A stretch of DNA of 64,000 nucleotides from Macrostomum lignano (Eukaryota). Positions 32,921 through 44,691 of the stretch are shown piece after piece. The stretch lies in contig NIVC01001679.1 of assembly GCA_002269645.1 (NCBI GenBank), forward strand, positions 1 to 64,000, in the 5' to 3' direction. Each line of letters begins with the position of its first letter. Position 1 is the stretch's first letter. The position numbers and the translations under genes are program-made. The notes beneath the pieces were generated by a model, which saw only the letters and a list, made by a program, of their open reading frames with translations, did no database searches and had not been told where the DNA came from.

Positions 32921-35900
32921 ATGTTTTCCAGGAAAGTCCGGTTTGAATTTCTCTTCAACTACTTCTGGCTGCTCCTGACTGCGGCTGCAATTGCTCAAGC
33001 GAACTCGTGTGGAAAATTGGCCTCGGGTCAGGTGGATCGATCCTGTTACAGTCCCCAAGGTGCACAGCTCGACAACTTCAAGTATAATAGTTGCTTGGCT
33101 GGCGCCAGACAGCGACATCAAAGGGTACCACTACATTGTAACCTGCCCCAGGTGCCCCTCTCCGAAAGTTAACACTACAGATGAGACATATACATTTCGG
33201 GGTCTCAGAGCGGCTACTGAGTACAGCTTCTCCATTCAGGCTGGACTTCCAAACTGTAGGCTGAGTTCTGCAATCAATCGTTCTGGAAGGACACGTGAGA
33301 AAGAGACTCGTTTTGCTTTGATATTGAATTTTACGTCTGTAGCTCGAAGTTTATATTCATTCAAATTCTAGGGGATGCCGTGACTAAATATATATATTGA
33401 TTACTAATTTACTACTTAATTTCCTATAGGTTTCGTGGTTTACTGTGTAGCATAAAGTATTGCTGAAGTTTTTAGTTGTAGCACAATATTTCAAAACCAT
33501 CTTGCATAAAAACTACCAGCTGTCACATATCTCAGCTGTCATTTTTTGGGGACACTTTTAGCAAGTTTCGAAAATCGCACTTCAGAAGAATTGTCCATTC
33601 GTCGAAGATGAATTGAAGATTACGCTTGTCAATGGACACTGTCGACATTGTTAATGTTACATTACTTTGTGGGCTCTTCTTAACCTATATGAGCCTTGAT
33701 TTCCGTGCCAATCTCTATTTTTTGTTTAAATGTATTCTTTAAGATATCCGTATGTCTAACCGGGTATTAGGGCATAAATTGCAGGGCTCTCTGGCATTGA
33801 CGCCAGCTCAGCTCAGTACAGCTCCAATGAGACCGCCATCTCTGTGACTTGGCAGCCATCCAGCACTTCTGGCGTCTCGTACCAGCTCACCTGCAAGCGA
33901 GTCGGCTCAGGTGAAGTCTCGACTGTGTCTTCACCCACTCCGAATGCCACCTGCGGCTCCCTGCAGTCTGGACAGGCCTATGAGCTGCGGGTGGCTGTGC
34001 AGAAGGCGGGATTTAATGACGTCATCACGCGTCTGTCCAACCAGCTGACCAGTGAGTTCTCAGTTGCTGCTGGCCGTAGATCTGCCTCCTACCGGCATGT
34101 AGTTTTTTTAATCATAACAATTGATTACACCTGCACCAATCGGCCAGATGTGCAACCGACAGCTCAGCCGCAGCTAGTGCGCGGCGCATCTGAAGGCTGC
34201 GTACGGCTGTTCAGTCCAAGGACTGGGGGGTCGCCACACACACCCTCAATTACCCCAGCTAATGCTGGCACCCATTTAACAGCTGGGTGAACTGAAGCAA
34301 TGCAGAGTTAAGTGTCTTGCTCAAGGACACAAATTGTTCCAGTGGGATCGGGAATCGAACCCCCGACCTTTCAGTCGTGAGTCCGTCAATCTAACCACCA
34401 CTAGGCTAGAGTTTTTAGAAAATATAGAAAACTTTATGTCACTTTTAGAATATAAAAATCTGAAATGGACACGAGTCATCCATATTCATTTTCAACTTGA
34501 ATTATTTTTCGAAGACAATTTGACCGCTACTTGAAGTACTATATTATAAAGATGTCGCTTACTCAAAAGTAGCAAGAAATGGGTTTGAAGTTAATTCCTC
34601 ACAATGCGTACAAACGTTTGCAATCTGATATTGCGTCCTCAGGTGAGGTTATAACTCAGCAGTGTGAAGACCCGTTGACAAAAATTAAGAGCTCAAAAAA
34701 ATAATTTTGACCTTTCGTAAATTCAAATTACTTTTAGGCCCACCAAAGAGCTTACAGATGTGGTATAAAGTTCTCTGTTGAAACGAACCAGAAACGATTA
34801 AAGAATTTGTTCGAATTTGCTTGTCGGTGTAAAGTAATTACTCAACAAAGATGACTGGTTTTATAATCAGGAAATTTCATCTCATTGGCTGAATCAGCTG
34901 CCCACCCACCTCGCAACCGCAGAGCTCTTTCCGATTGACGCCAGCTCAGTGAGTTTCACCATCACAGAGACTTCCATCCATCTGACTTGGGCGGCGTCCA
35001 TCACTGAAGGAGTTCTGTACCGGGTGACCTGCAGGCGAGTCGGCACAGGGAATTCAACATCTCTGCCTCCATCAAAGTATCTGAGTGCCACCTTCAGCAG
35101 TCTGCAGTCAGGAGAGGCCTACAACCTGAGTGTGGCTGTGACTAAGCAGGGCGGATTCCATGAAGTTGTCACCTGGCTGCCAATCCAGCTGACCAGTGAG
35201 TTGGAGCTCAGCAAATGATTGCAGCTGCTCTCATGAGGCACAGCTCGCTTCTATTGGGTCCGTTTCATTGCAGAGTTGTTCGGAATTGACGCCAGCTCAG
35301 CTCAGTACAGCTCCAATGAGACCGCCATCTCTGTGACTTGGCAGCCATCCAGCACTTCTGGCGTCTCGTACCAGCTCACCTGCAAGCGAGTCGGCTCAGG
35401 TGAAGTCTCGACCGCGTCTTCACCCACTCCGTCTGCCACCTGCGGCTCCCTGCAGTCTGGACAGGAATATGAGCTGCGGGTGGCTGTGCAGAAGGCGGGC
35501 GGCTTTGATGACGTCATCACGTGTCTGTCCAATCAGCTGACCAGTGAGTCTTGCTTTCGTCCTGCTTTTGTCACGGCTTGTTCTCAAATCAGTCCTGAAG
35601 GCGTTCACATTTTATAAGACATATTTTATGCAAGTGTTAGCCCAAAACCGATTTGTCTTTGTCATATTTATCCAACCGTATCTCATGTATCTTTTATTGC
35701 CTACATTATCTGTTTAATTTTCAACTGTAACTTGATGATGCTGTATGTTTTACTAATTGTCCCTTCATTGATTGATATAAGGGTAGATCCCTAGCATCCG
35801 TCTGACAAGGACCACTTGAAGTTGTCGTTGTACTGGAACTTAACTTTTAATTTTTTTACCTTTAGATTGTAAAGGTAATTAGATTGTAGGCCTTTTAGTT

Positions 35901-38900
35901 TCAATAGATGGAATGGCAGCGAAGATTCTGCACTGCGTTGCGCGTGTATTTATATGATTATAACAAACAGTGCGAGATTGAGGGGCCAAGGGAGGTGCGA
36001 AAAGGTGGCGTGGCGCGATTGGCTACGCCAACCCCCCGGCTTAGCGAGCCGGCTAGCTTGGCGCGCACCCACCCCACCTCAGCTAGACAGAGGCGGGTGG
36101 GGGTTTCCAGTGCGGCTGCACTGGTGCTGCCGGTCGCGTAGTCTGGCTGCCACAGCACCCTATTTTCACTGAATGATCTCTGCGAGATTTCTGATATGCA
36201 ACGCCAACTTCTAGTGGTCCTTGGCCCTAATGATGAGAAAGTCCATGTTCCTGTGCACCCTGTGCAAGCGTGTGGCTTTATGTCCGTGTCAGTGGAATGG
36301 GCTTGGCTTGCTTGCTTGCTTGACTGAAGGAACTCGCACCTCACCATTTCCCTCGCACCTGCCAACCGCCGCAGAGCTGTACTCAGTGAACCCCAGCTCG
36401 GTCAGCTACTCAGCCAACGAGTCGGCCATCATCGTGACAATTTAGTGTATGTAGATTAGTACTGCCCGACCCCCTCTGGTGGTAAGGGGCCTAATGAAGT
36501 CTCAAACAAATTATTTTTTACTCAGTCAGTTTTTCACGAGTAAAATGATAAAATTTTTGTGTAAAACGAAGAAAAGTTCTTCCTTAGGCATCTCAGGATG
36601 TGTCCATTGAGTCTCTGGCATCTCAGCATGTGTCCATTGAGTCTCTGGCATCTCAGCATGTGTCCATTGAGTCTCTGGCATCTCAGCATGTGTCCATTGA
36701 GTCTCTGGCATCTCAGCATGTGTCCATTGAGTCTCTGGCATCTCAGCATGTGTCCATTGAGTCTCTGGCATCTCAGCATGTGTCCATTGAGTCTCTGGCA
36801 TCTCAGCATGTGTCCATTGAGTCTCTGGAATCTCAGCATGTGTCCATTGAGTCTCTGGCATCTCAGCATGTGTCCATTGAGTCTCTGGCATCTCAGCATG
36901 TGTCCATTGAGTCTCTGGCATCTCAGCATGTGTCCATTGAGTCTCTGGCATCTCAGCATGTGTCCATTGAGTCTCTGGCATCTCAGCATGTGTCCATTGA
37001 ATCTCTGGCATCTCAGCATGAGTCCATTGAGTCTCTGGCATCTCAGCATGTGTCCATTGAATCTCTGGCATCTCAGCATGTGTCCATTGAGTCTCTGGCA
37101 TCTCAGCATGTGTCCATTGAGTCTCTGGCATCTCAGCATGTGTCCATTGAGTCTCTGGCATCTCAGCATGTGTCCATTGAGTCTCTGGCATCTCAGCATG
37201 TGTCCATTGAGTCTCTGGCATCTCAGCATGTGTCCATTGAGTCTCTGGCATCTCAGCATGTGTCCATTGAGTCTCTGGCATCTCAGCATGTGTCCATTGA
37301 ATCTCTGGCATCTCAGCATGAGTCCATTGAGTCTCTGGCATCTCAGCATGTGTCCATTGAATCTCTGGCATCTCAGCATGTGTCCATTGAGTCTCTGGCA
37401 TCTCAGCATGTGTCCATTGAGTCTCTGGCATCTCAGCATGTGTCCATTGAGTCTCTGGCATCTCAGCATGTGTCCATTGAATCTCTGGCATCTCAGCATG
37501 AGTCCATTGAGTCTCTGGCATCTCAGCATGTGTCCATTGAATCTCTGGCATCTCAGCATGTGTCCATTGAGTCTCTGGCATCTCAGCTGCATGTGTCCAT
37601 TGAGTCTCTGGCATCTCAGCTGCATGTGTCCATTGAATCTCTGGCATCTCAGCATGTGTCCATTGAGTCTCTGGCATCTCAGCATATGTCCATTGAGTCT
37701 CTGGGATCCCAGTATGTGTCCATTGAGTCTCTGGCATCTCAGCATGTGTCCATTGAGCCTCTGGGATCCCAGTATGTGTCCATTGAGTCTCTGGCATCTC
37801 AGCATTTTTTTAAGTTGTGAAAAAAAGCAATAATTAGCACATAGGAGAGAGAAAAAGATTTTTCAAAAACGAATTTCGTACCGTTGGTATCATTTAAACT
37901 TTTGTTTTTGTATTTATTGGTTTAAAGACACACAAAAAAGTGTTGGATATTGCTGCGATTGATGGGGCACTTTGGCGCGGAGTCCCCACCGTGGCTTTTT
38001 CGCGTTCTGTACGAGTATGTAAACTGGCCTGCACAATCTTGAAAATATGGAATATTCCAGCTTTATAGATTTTTTTATCATTTTTCCTGTGTAATAACCA
38101 AAGAAACAGTTGGTAACATAAGAAGCACAATGAAAGTTTGATAGTTGACAGTGTCACTCAGCTCAGTGTCACTCAGCTCACAGTGTCACTCAGCTCACAG
38201 TGTCACTCAGCTCACAGTGTCACTCAGCTCACAGTGTCACTCAGCTCACAGTGTCACTCAGCTCACAGTGTCACTCAGCTCACAGTGTCACTCAGCTCAC
38301 AGTGTCACTCAGCTCACAGTGTCACTCAGCTCACAGTGTCACTCAGCTCACGGTGTCACTCAGCTCACGGTGTCACTCAGCTCACAGTGTCACTCAGCTC
38401 ACAGTGTCACTCAGCTCACAGTGTCACTCAGCTCACAGTGTCACTCAGCTCAGTGTCACTCAGCTTAATCTCAATCCCCATCACCCCGCCCTTCTCAGGG
38501 CCGCTGCTCATCGCGGACCCCGCCAGCCGACCCTCAGCCGCTGCCGCGGTGTCGCAGCCGAGCGAGTCGCAGCCCGCCGAGGCGGTGCTGCTGCTCAACT
38601 GGACGTCCAGCGCTGCCGAGGGCGCCGACCTGCTGCAGTTCCGCGTGAGCAGCGCCTCGAAGCCCGACTTGCTGAGGGAGGCTGCGTTCAACTCGATGAG
38701 GCTGCTGCTGAGCCTGGCGGAGGCGGAGCTGCTCTCGCTGAAGCTGACGGTGGCGGTGGCTGCCGTGGCGAACAAATCCGGGCTGAGGCAGGAGGGCTCG
38801 GAGATCGTCATCGCTGAGCAGCTGCAGATGCGTGAGTTCAGCTCAGAGTCTTTGTTGTGAGTGGGTCTTGGTTCTGAGTGAGTCTTGGTTCTGAGTGAGT

Positions 38901-41868
38901 CTTTGTTGTGAGTGAGTCTTGGTTCTGAGTGAGTGTTGGTTCTGAGTGAGTCTTGGTTTTGAGTGAATGTTGGTTCTGAGCGAGTCTTGGTTCTGAGTGA
39001 GTCTTGGTTCTGAGTGAGTCTTGGTTCTGAGTGAGTCTTGGTTCTGAGTCAGTCTTGGTTCTGAGTGAGTCTTGGTTCTGAGTGAGTTTTGGTTCTGAGT
39101 GAGTCTTGGTTCTGAGTGAGTCTTGGTTCTGAGCCCGGTTTCCCCGCCGCCGTCCCGCAGCGCCCGGCCGCCCTTCGGTGTCGCTGCTGCCGGACAGGCG
39201 CGCCGTCGAGGTGTCGCTTACTGCCAGCTCCGGCTCCGAGCTGCTGACGGCGGCCGCCCACGCAGACAGCGGGGACTTCGCTGCTACCAACAGCTGCCGC
39301 CCGGACTCCGGCAGGTGCACCGTGGCTCTGCAGCCGCTGAGGCCGTTCACCAACTACTTGGTGGAGGCGGTCGCCGAGCTGTCTGGCCTGGCCTCGCTGC
39401 CCCAGAGGTCGGAGGTTCGAACGCTGGAGGACGCGCCGTCGCAGCCGCAGTCGGTGAGGCTGGACGATGCGTCATCGCAGTTGCTATGCGACTGGCGGGC
39501 TCCCAGCGAGCCGAACGGCGTCATCCGCAACTACTCGGTGGCCTGGGGCTCGCTGAGCTTCCCGGACGGCGCTGAGATTCGCGTCGGAGCCAAGGAGGCG
39601 GCGGCTGACACGACGCGCCTGCCGCTGGAGCCGCCGCCGCTGCCGGGACACGTCGGCTTCTGCCGCGTCAGCGCCTGCACGGGCGGCGGCTGCTGCCGCG
39701 GCAGCGACAGGGCGGAGCGGCGGCTGCCCGACGGCGAGGCGTCCGCGGTGTCCGGCGGCCTGCAGTCGCTGGCGGTCCCTGGCGGTCCCGTCCGCCTCAG
39801 CTGGAAGCCGCTCAGCCCCGAGCTCGGCCGGGGCGTCGTGTTCGAGTTCGAGCTGCGACTAAACGGTCCGGGCGGCTGCGCGGCGGCCCGGCGGCTGAAC
39901 TGCTCCGACTGCGGCCGCCACCGCCTCCAGCTGCAGTCGGAGGAGGCCCGGCAGCGGCTCGAGGCCCTGACGGCCGACTGCTCAGCGCCGGTGTTCGTGC
40001 GAGCCTTCGAGTTCGGCGACGCCTCGCTGTCCGCGGAGGTCGCCGTCAGCTCCGAGGGCGCCTCGCCGAACTCGCTGCTGCCCTGGACCGAGTACGGCGC
40101 CTCCCTGTGGCCGGTGAACCTAGCGGGGCCCGGCGCCGCCGCCTCCGCCTCCTTCCGCAGCCCGGAGACCCGCAGCTGCGCCGTCGGCAGCCTGCGGGCG
40201 ACGCCTTCGGAGGCGGAGGCGCTGGTGGAGTTCAAGGAGCCGCGGCTGCCAAACGGCCTGCTGCAGGCCTTCGCTGTGCAGGTGAGAGTCTTCTACCTGA
40301 GCTTTTGTCATCCTGAAGAAAAATTTCAATTCTCGCACCAGCCTCTACCTTTGGTTTAATTCCATTATTTTGGGTCTTGAGCACGAAAATTGGCTTGCAA
40401 TTTAAACCCATGATGGCCAAAAGCCAAGGCAAGGGCCGCTGTACACACTGTGTGTGCCTGTGCGTATCACTGCGTGCACATCCGCGCCCTTGTGTGCCTG
40501 CTCAGTGTGGGTGGAAACGGCGGATTGGGCAGTAATGCCTCTCGCCGGTTGTGTGACAATGCCACTTAAAGTGCGGCAGTTGCACAGAGCCCTTTTAAAA
40601 AATAATAAATAACAAACCAGAGCAGTTTTAGATTGTGCGGAAGTGCATTTTTGTGTACACATGCACTTATGTCTATTTACTGTCATGCGTGCAACTAGCT
40701 AACGCATTCCGCGCTATACCGCAGGTGTTCAGGATGTCTTCCGATGCCTGCTCTCAGCTTCTGGTTCTGAACTCCACAACTGCCGGCTGTCAGCTGCCTC
40801 TGTGCTCCACCTCCGGTCTTCTGTTTGGACTCTCGCAGGGTTGCGCCAGCACTCAGTACGTCAGCAACATTGCAGGAAACGGTTCGGCTAACAAGTACGC
40901 CGTCAGAGTGTGGCGGCTGCAGCCGGGCACCGAGTACTCGGTGAAGGTAACGCCAATCAGTCAGACTTTGGCCGGAGCTGCAGCTCAGCTCAAATTCGTC
41001 ACTGCCGGCGGTGGTAACCTAGCGACCATCGTGGTAGCGTCCGTGGTCACGACCTTAGCCGTTTTGATCATCGCGGCTATCGTTGCGCTCGTAGTTTTCA
41101 GACATAAAAAACGGACTGACAGGTGAGGCGTAGTGAGTAGTTGATTGTTTTGTTTTCTGCTTAACAATCACTATTGACAGAATAATTTGATCCTATGAAG
41201 ATACGATCGAGCTAAATCATACTGGAAGGGCCAACTGCACTTCATGGGATCACTTCTTGTTCTAGGCTTTTCACTTGAACTTCTGTCTTCATTAATTCGA
41301 TTGCCTGCCCTCTCTTTATTTTCTATCCTTATCTCGCTTTTGATAGGCTCTTAGAGTTCTTATCACTGTCGCAGTCGCGCTCACTCTGTCTCTCTTGCCC
41401 CCTGTACATTCGTTTTATTTTACCCAACCCTGAAGTGTACAGTAAAATTAATTCAGACTGCTTTCTAAGAATGGCAAAAAAGAACTCCTGGCCACTTTGT
41501 CCAATCACGCACACGTCACGCACACGTCTACAAAAAATCCCTATTTCATCTCATTATTCCTCTGATTATAACATTTAATTTAGTTGCTTTATATTGTGCA
41601 GTACGTTTAATTTAGGCCGCACACTGTGACACTACTATAAACACTTGTGTGCAAACGCCATAACTTTGCCTATAGCAACGAGACTTCTGAGCCAACAATA
41701 TCATCTAACAGCGCCTCAGTAAGCAACCGAAGCAGCGTCAATGACTACGCCACTGTGTCAGAAACTGCATGCGCTATGACGACGGCTCAAGCCTCTGACG
41801 ACTACGTGCAGATCGGTGCTTCAGGTGGTCTGAGGATGCAGTTCAGCAATCAGGGCTACTTGCTATAA
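32921..41868 (+). CDS. Type-I membrane protein with ~9 FN3 repeats and a short Tyr-containing tail; exons 32921..33294 (frame break ~33030), 33785..34051, 34923..35195, 35274..35543, [36375..36445 truncated], 38499..38831, 39161..40281, 40725..41122, 41676..41868
   Basis: Signal peptide (FWLLLTAAAIAQA). FN3 motifs (VAW...L.AATEY.F; VTW...LQSGQAYEL; W.APSEPNGVIRNYSV; LQPGTEYSVKV). TM segment IVVASVVTTLAVLIIAAIVALVVF followed by RHKKR. The single-FN3 exons are phase 1. No PTP domain is present. Confidence 0.82.
34110..34409 (-). mobile_element. Near-intact SINE family A copy in FN3 gene intron 2
   Basis: The reverse complement starts TAGCCTAGTGGTGGTTAG...GGTTCGATTCCCG, then the core, then the 3' tail region. 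Confidence 0.88.
36590..37805. repeat. 30-bp minisatellite (CATGTGTCCATTGAGTCTCTGGCATCTCAG), ~40 copies
   Basis: Highly homogeneous array. The ~420-aa ORFs in four frames are artefacts of a stop-free 30-bp unit. Confidence 0.97.
38150..38463. repeat. 17-bp minisatellite (GTGTCACTCAGCTCACA) just upstream of acceptor 38498
   Basis: About 18 copies. Confidence 0.93.
38850..39132. repeat. 18-bp minisatellite (TTGGTTCTGAGTGAGTCT) filling intron 38832..39160
   Basis: About 15 copies, most containing GTGAGT. Confidence 0.93.
40432..40590 (+). mobile_element. SINE family B 3' fragment
   Basis: AGGGCCGCTGTACAC...GGGCAGTAATGCCTCTCGCCGGTTGTGTG...CTTAAAGTGC matches 44097-44240. Confidence 0.8.
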
Positions 41869-43906
41869 CGCATATATAATTGATTTTCATAACTAGTTTT
41901 CAAAACTGACTCTGATCGTATTATTAACTTATTCCAGAAAGTCGATGAACACTGAAGCCTATATTTACATGTACTTTAAAAAATGTGTGGGCTGTTGTAT
42001 GATTCACACGCCTGAGGACTAGCCTCAAAGGCACAGAAAGTGTACATGTCTATAACGATTAGAAAGTATGGACTGCTATACACTGTATGAGCGTGTTGAA
42101 AGGGCATTTTGTCCGTGTCTGCAACTCTCCCAGCGAATAATATGACTATATTTATCAGACTTTAAAACTATGACTTTGATCATGCAAACTTGTACTCATG
42201 ACTGGATGATGCGAGTCAGTAAGTTAATGTACATGTATTAACTCTCGTACTTATATTGCATAAGGAAATAAATATGCTACAATAATATTATGCAATAACA
42301 AAAATTACCCGATTTCTTACAAAAGGCGAGCGTACTTTACTATAATTAACGACATGTAGCTTATGTAGTACGTACGTACCTGCAACATTAATTTAAACCA
42401 TCCTTTTGGCGCGCCGCAATCACAAAACTAGTGAAGAAGAAATGGTACTTTAAAGTAGAGCGATAAAAAGCCCTATAGCATGCGTCTCATAACAATAAGT
42501 ACTAACAAATGGGTAAAAGTCTACATGTCTGCATCAAGTCTGCATAAATTTAAAGTTACTTGAGTTGTTCTTGGTCTGCATTAAAAATACCCCGGGTTTT
42601 AACTACATGTAGAAGGTGTAAAACAAAAGAAAAAACTTCGTTTAGAAAACTGCTTTTAAGAAAAATTTGCCTTGAAAATGCAGTTGAAAAAAGCAGTTTA
42701 TGTCATCTTTACGTTTTTATTCTGATATACATGGGGTTCGAAAATGGTACCACAACAATTTTTGGTATAGTAAAATTATTGGAAATTGCAAATACTCGAG
42801 TTCATCATCTTTGATAAGCTGATAAGCGGCGTAAGTGAGCCTAGAAAAACATAGGTGATTGTAGCTGTAAGAAAAAATTTATAATGTAATAATAATTTCT
42901 ATTTAAATTACGTTACTTTACAGTATTAGTTTCTTGGTTTAACTAATAGTAAAATGAGGCTTTGTTTATACTTTTATACTTTTAACATGTAACTGATGTA
43001 CAGATACTCTACACACTAACAGTAACACAGTAATTGTACTGTTAATTAATTGTTGTTTTTTATTTTCCAGTTAGAATTCTTTCAAACTGCAGATTTTTTT
43101 GATATAGTATATTTTTGCCTATTTTATGAAAGCTTCAGCAATAAAAGTTTTTTCTCATTGTAATAATATTAATTAGGTCATCGTTTTATTAGCTGGTATT
43201 CATTGTAATTATTTGTTAATTCATTTTTAAGTTTAAAATTATATTGCTGCAGCTGATTGGCATTATTCCATTAATATTTATTAATTGGCTAACTCATTTC
43301 TTGAATTAAATATTGAAAATATCAATATTATAGTAATATATAGATTATATTGTAAATGTTAGAAAAGTAAGCCCTGAATCTTTCATTAAATTATAGGCCT
43401 ATAGCAACATTTACATATCTTTCAGTTTGCTTAAAAGTATAAATATAATGTAATAATAAAATCTAAATTATACTTTTAATCTACCAAGAAAAATCTATCT
43501 ATCTAGAGTTTCATAAAAAGAAAATTATGATAGATAAAGCCTACTAAGTTAGGCCTAGTTTGATATAATTTTCATATTGATATAATCATTAACCTTATTA
43601 AAACAAGTTTCCAAAACATATTGATAGGGCCTATATAGCTATATACCATTTGTATAGAAAAATTGTTCTAAAACTATAAGGATATTGGCCTAGCCAGAGT
43701 TAAATGTATAATTTATAAATTATAAATACTACTAGACCTAGTAATTTGCTCAAATTCAAAAGGTATCACTATGCACTATTTATGAAATTGTTAGAATATA
43801 GACTTTAATTTAAAGAAGACCATTTTACTTTAAATTCAAAATTATATGTTGAAAATACTGGCTATATTTTAGAAGGCCTAATATACAATCAGTATTTAGC
43901 CTATTC

Positions 43907-44289
43907 GGGGGGCTGTAGCCCAGCGGTAGCGCAGCTGCTCTGGTGTGCCAGCAACCCAGGCTTGATTCCAAGTGCAGTCACATTAATTTGGGGCTGAATT
44001 GGAATCTTGGCTTGGCTCTGCTCGTGCAATTAATGGCCTTGAGAGCCAACCCCCCAAGGCGCAGTGAAGTGTATATGCCTAACGATAAAATAAAGTTAGG
44101 GCCGCTGTACACTCCTGTGTGAGTGTGTGCCTGTGCGTATGACTGCGTACGTATCCGCGCACTTGTATGCCTGCTCAGGGGAGTTGGCGGAATGGGCAGT
44201 AATGCCTCTCGCCGGTTGTGTGCCTATGTCGCTTAAAGTGCACCAGGGTGCACACAACCCCCCTGCCTCTAATAAAAAAAATAAAATAA
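43907..44289 (+). mobile_element. Full-length SINE family B
   Basis: tRNA-like head GGGGGGCTGTAGCCCAGCGGTAGCGC...GGCTTGATTCC, A-rich tail, and 13-bp TSD ATTTAGCCTATTC (43894-43906, 44290-44302). Confidence 0.92.
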
Positions 44290-44691
44290 ATTTAGCCTAT
44301 TCTTTTTGACAAATTTCAGTGGTTAGTTGGTAAGAATTAAAATTGTAAGGTCTAACTTTTAGTCAACAAGAGTATTGATGAAGTCCTATAAAGTTTGGCT
44401 TTTATAACTAGAGATTATCATTTTTATTATATTGGATTTAGTTCATTAAAATGTTTTGTTGGTTGTGTAAATATATTTTAGAGTTATTATCAATATTATT
44501 ACTCGAACATTGCAGATTCAGTCCAATCTGAACAGAACTATTTCGTTGTGAAATCAGTGCATGCTTTTGTGTCATGTTGCCAATCTAAGCAGGCAAGGAG
44601 CAAGCATCTGAAGCACAAACTTTCACCAACGTATTGACTACTAATAGTAGTTTTTTTTCGATTTTTCAAATTCAAATATCTAACAATTTCG

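Noticed and set aside
35900-36340. Possible LTR-like insert in FN3 intron 4
   Set aside because: It is GC-rich with a GATTGGCT motif like the other LTR-like blocks, but I found no TG..CA ends or TSD.
36526-37833. Four ~410-420-aa ORFs
   Set aside because: They are artefacts of a 30-bp tandem unit, with no domain or splice support.
41616-41675. Alternative acceptor at 41615 for the last FN3 exon
   Set aside because: It introduces TAA at 41638-41640 in frame; acceptor 41675 keeps the Tyr-motif tail.
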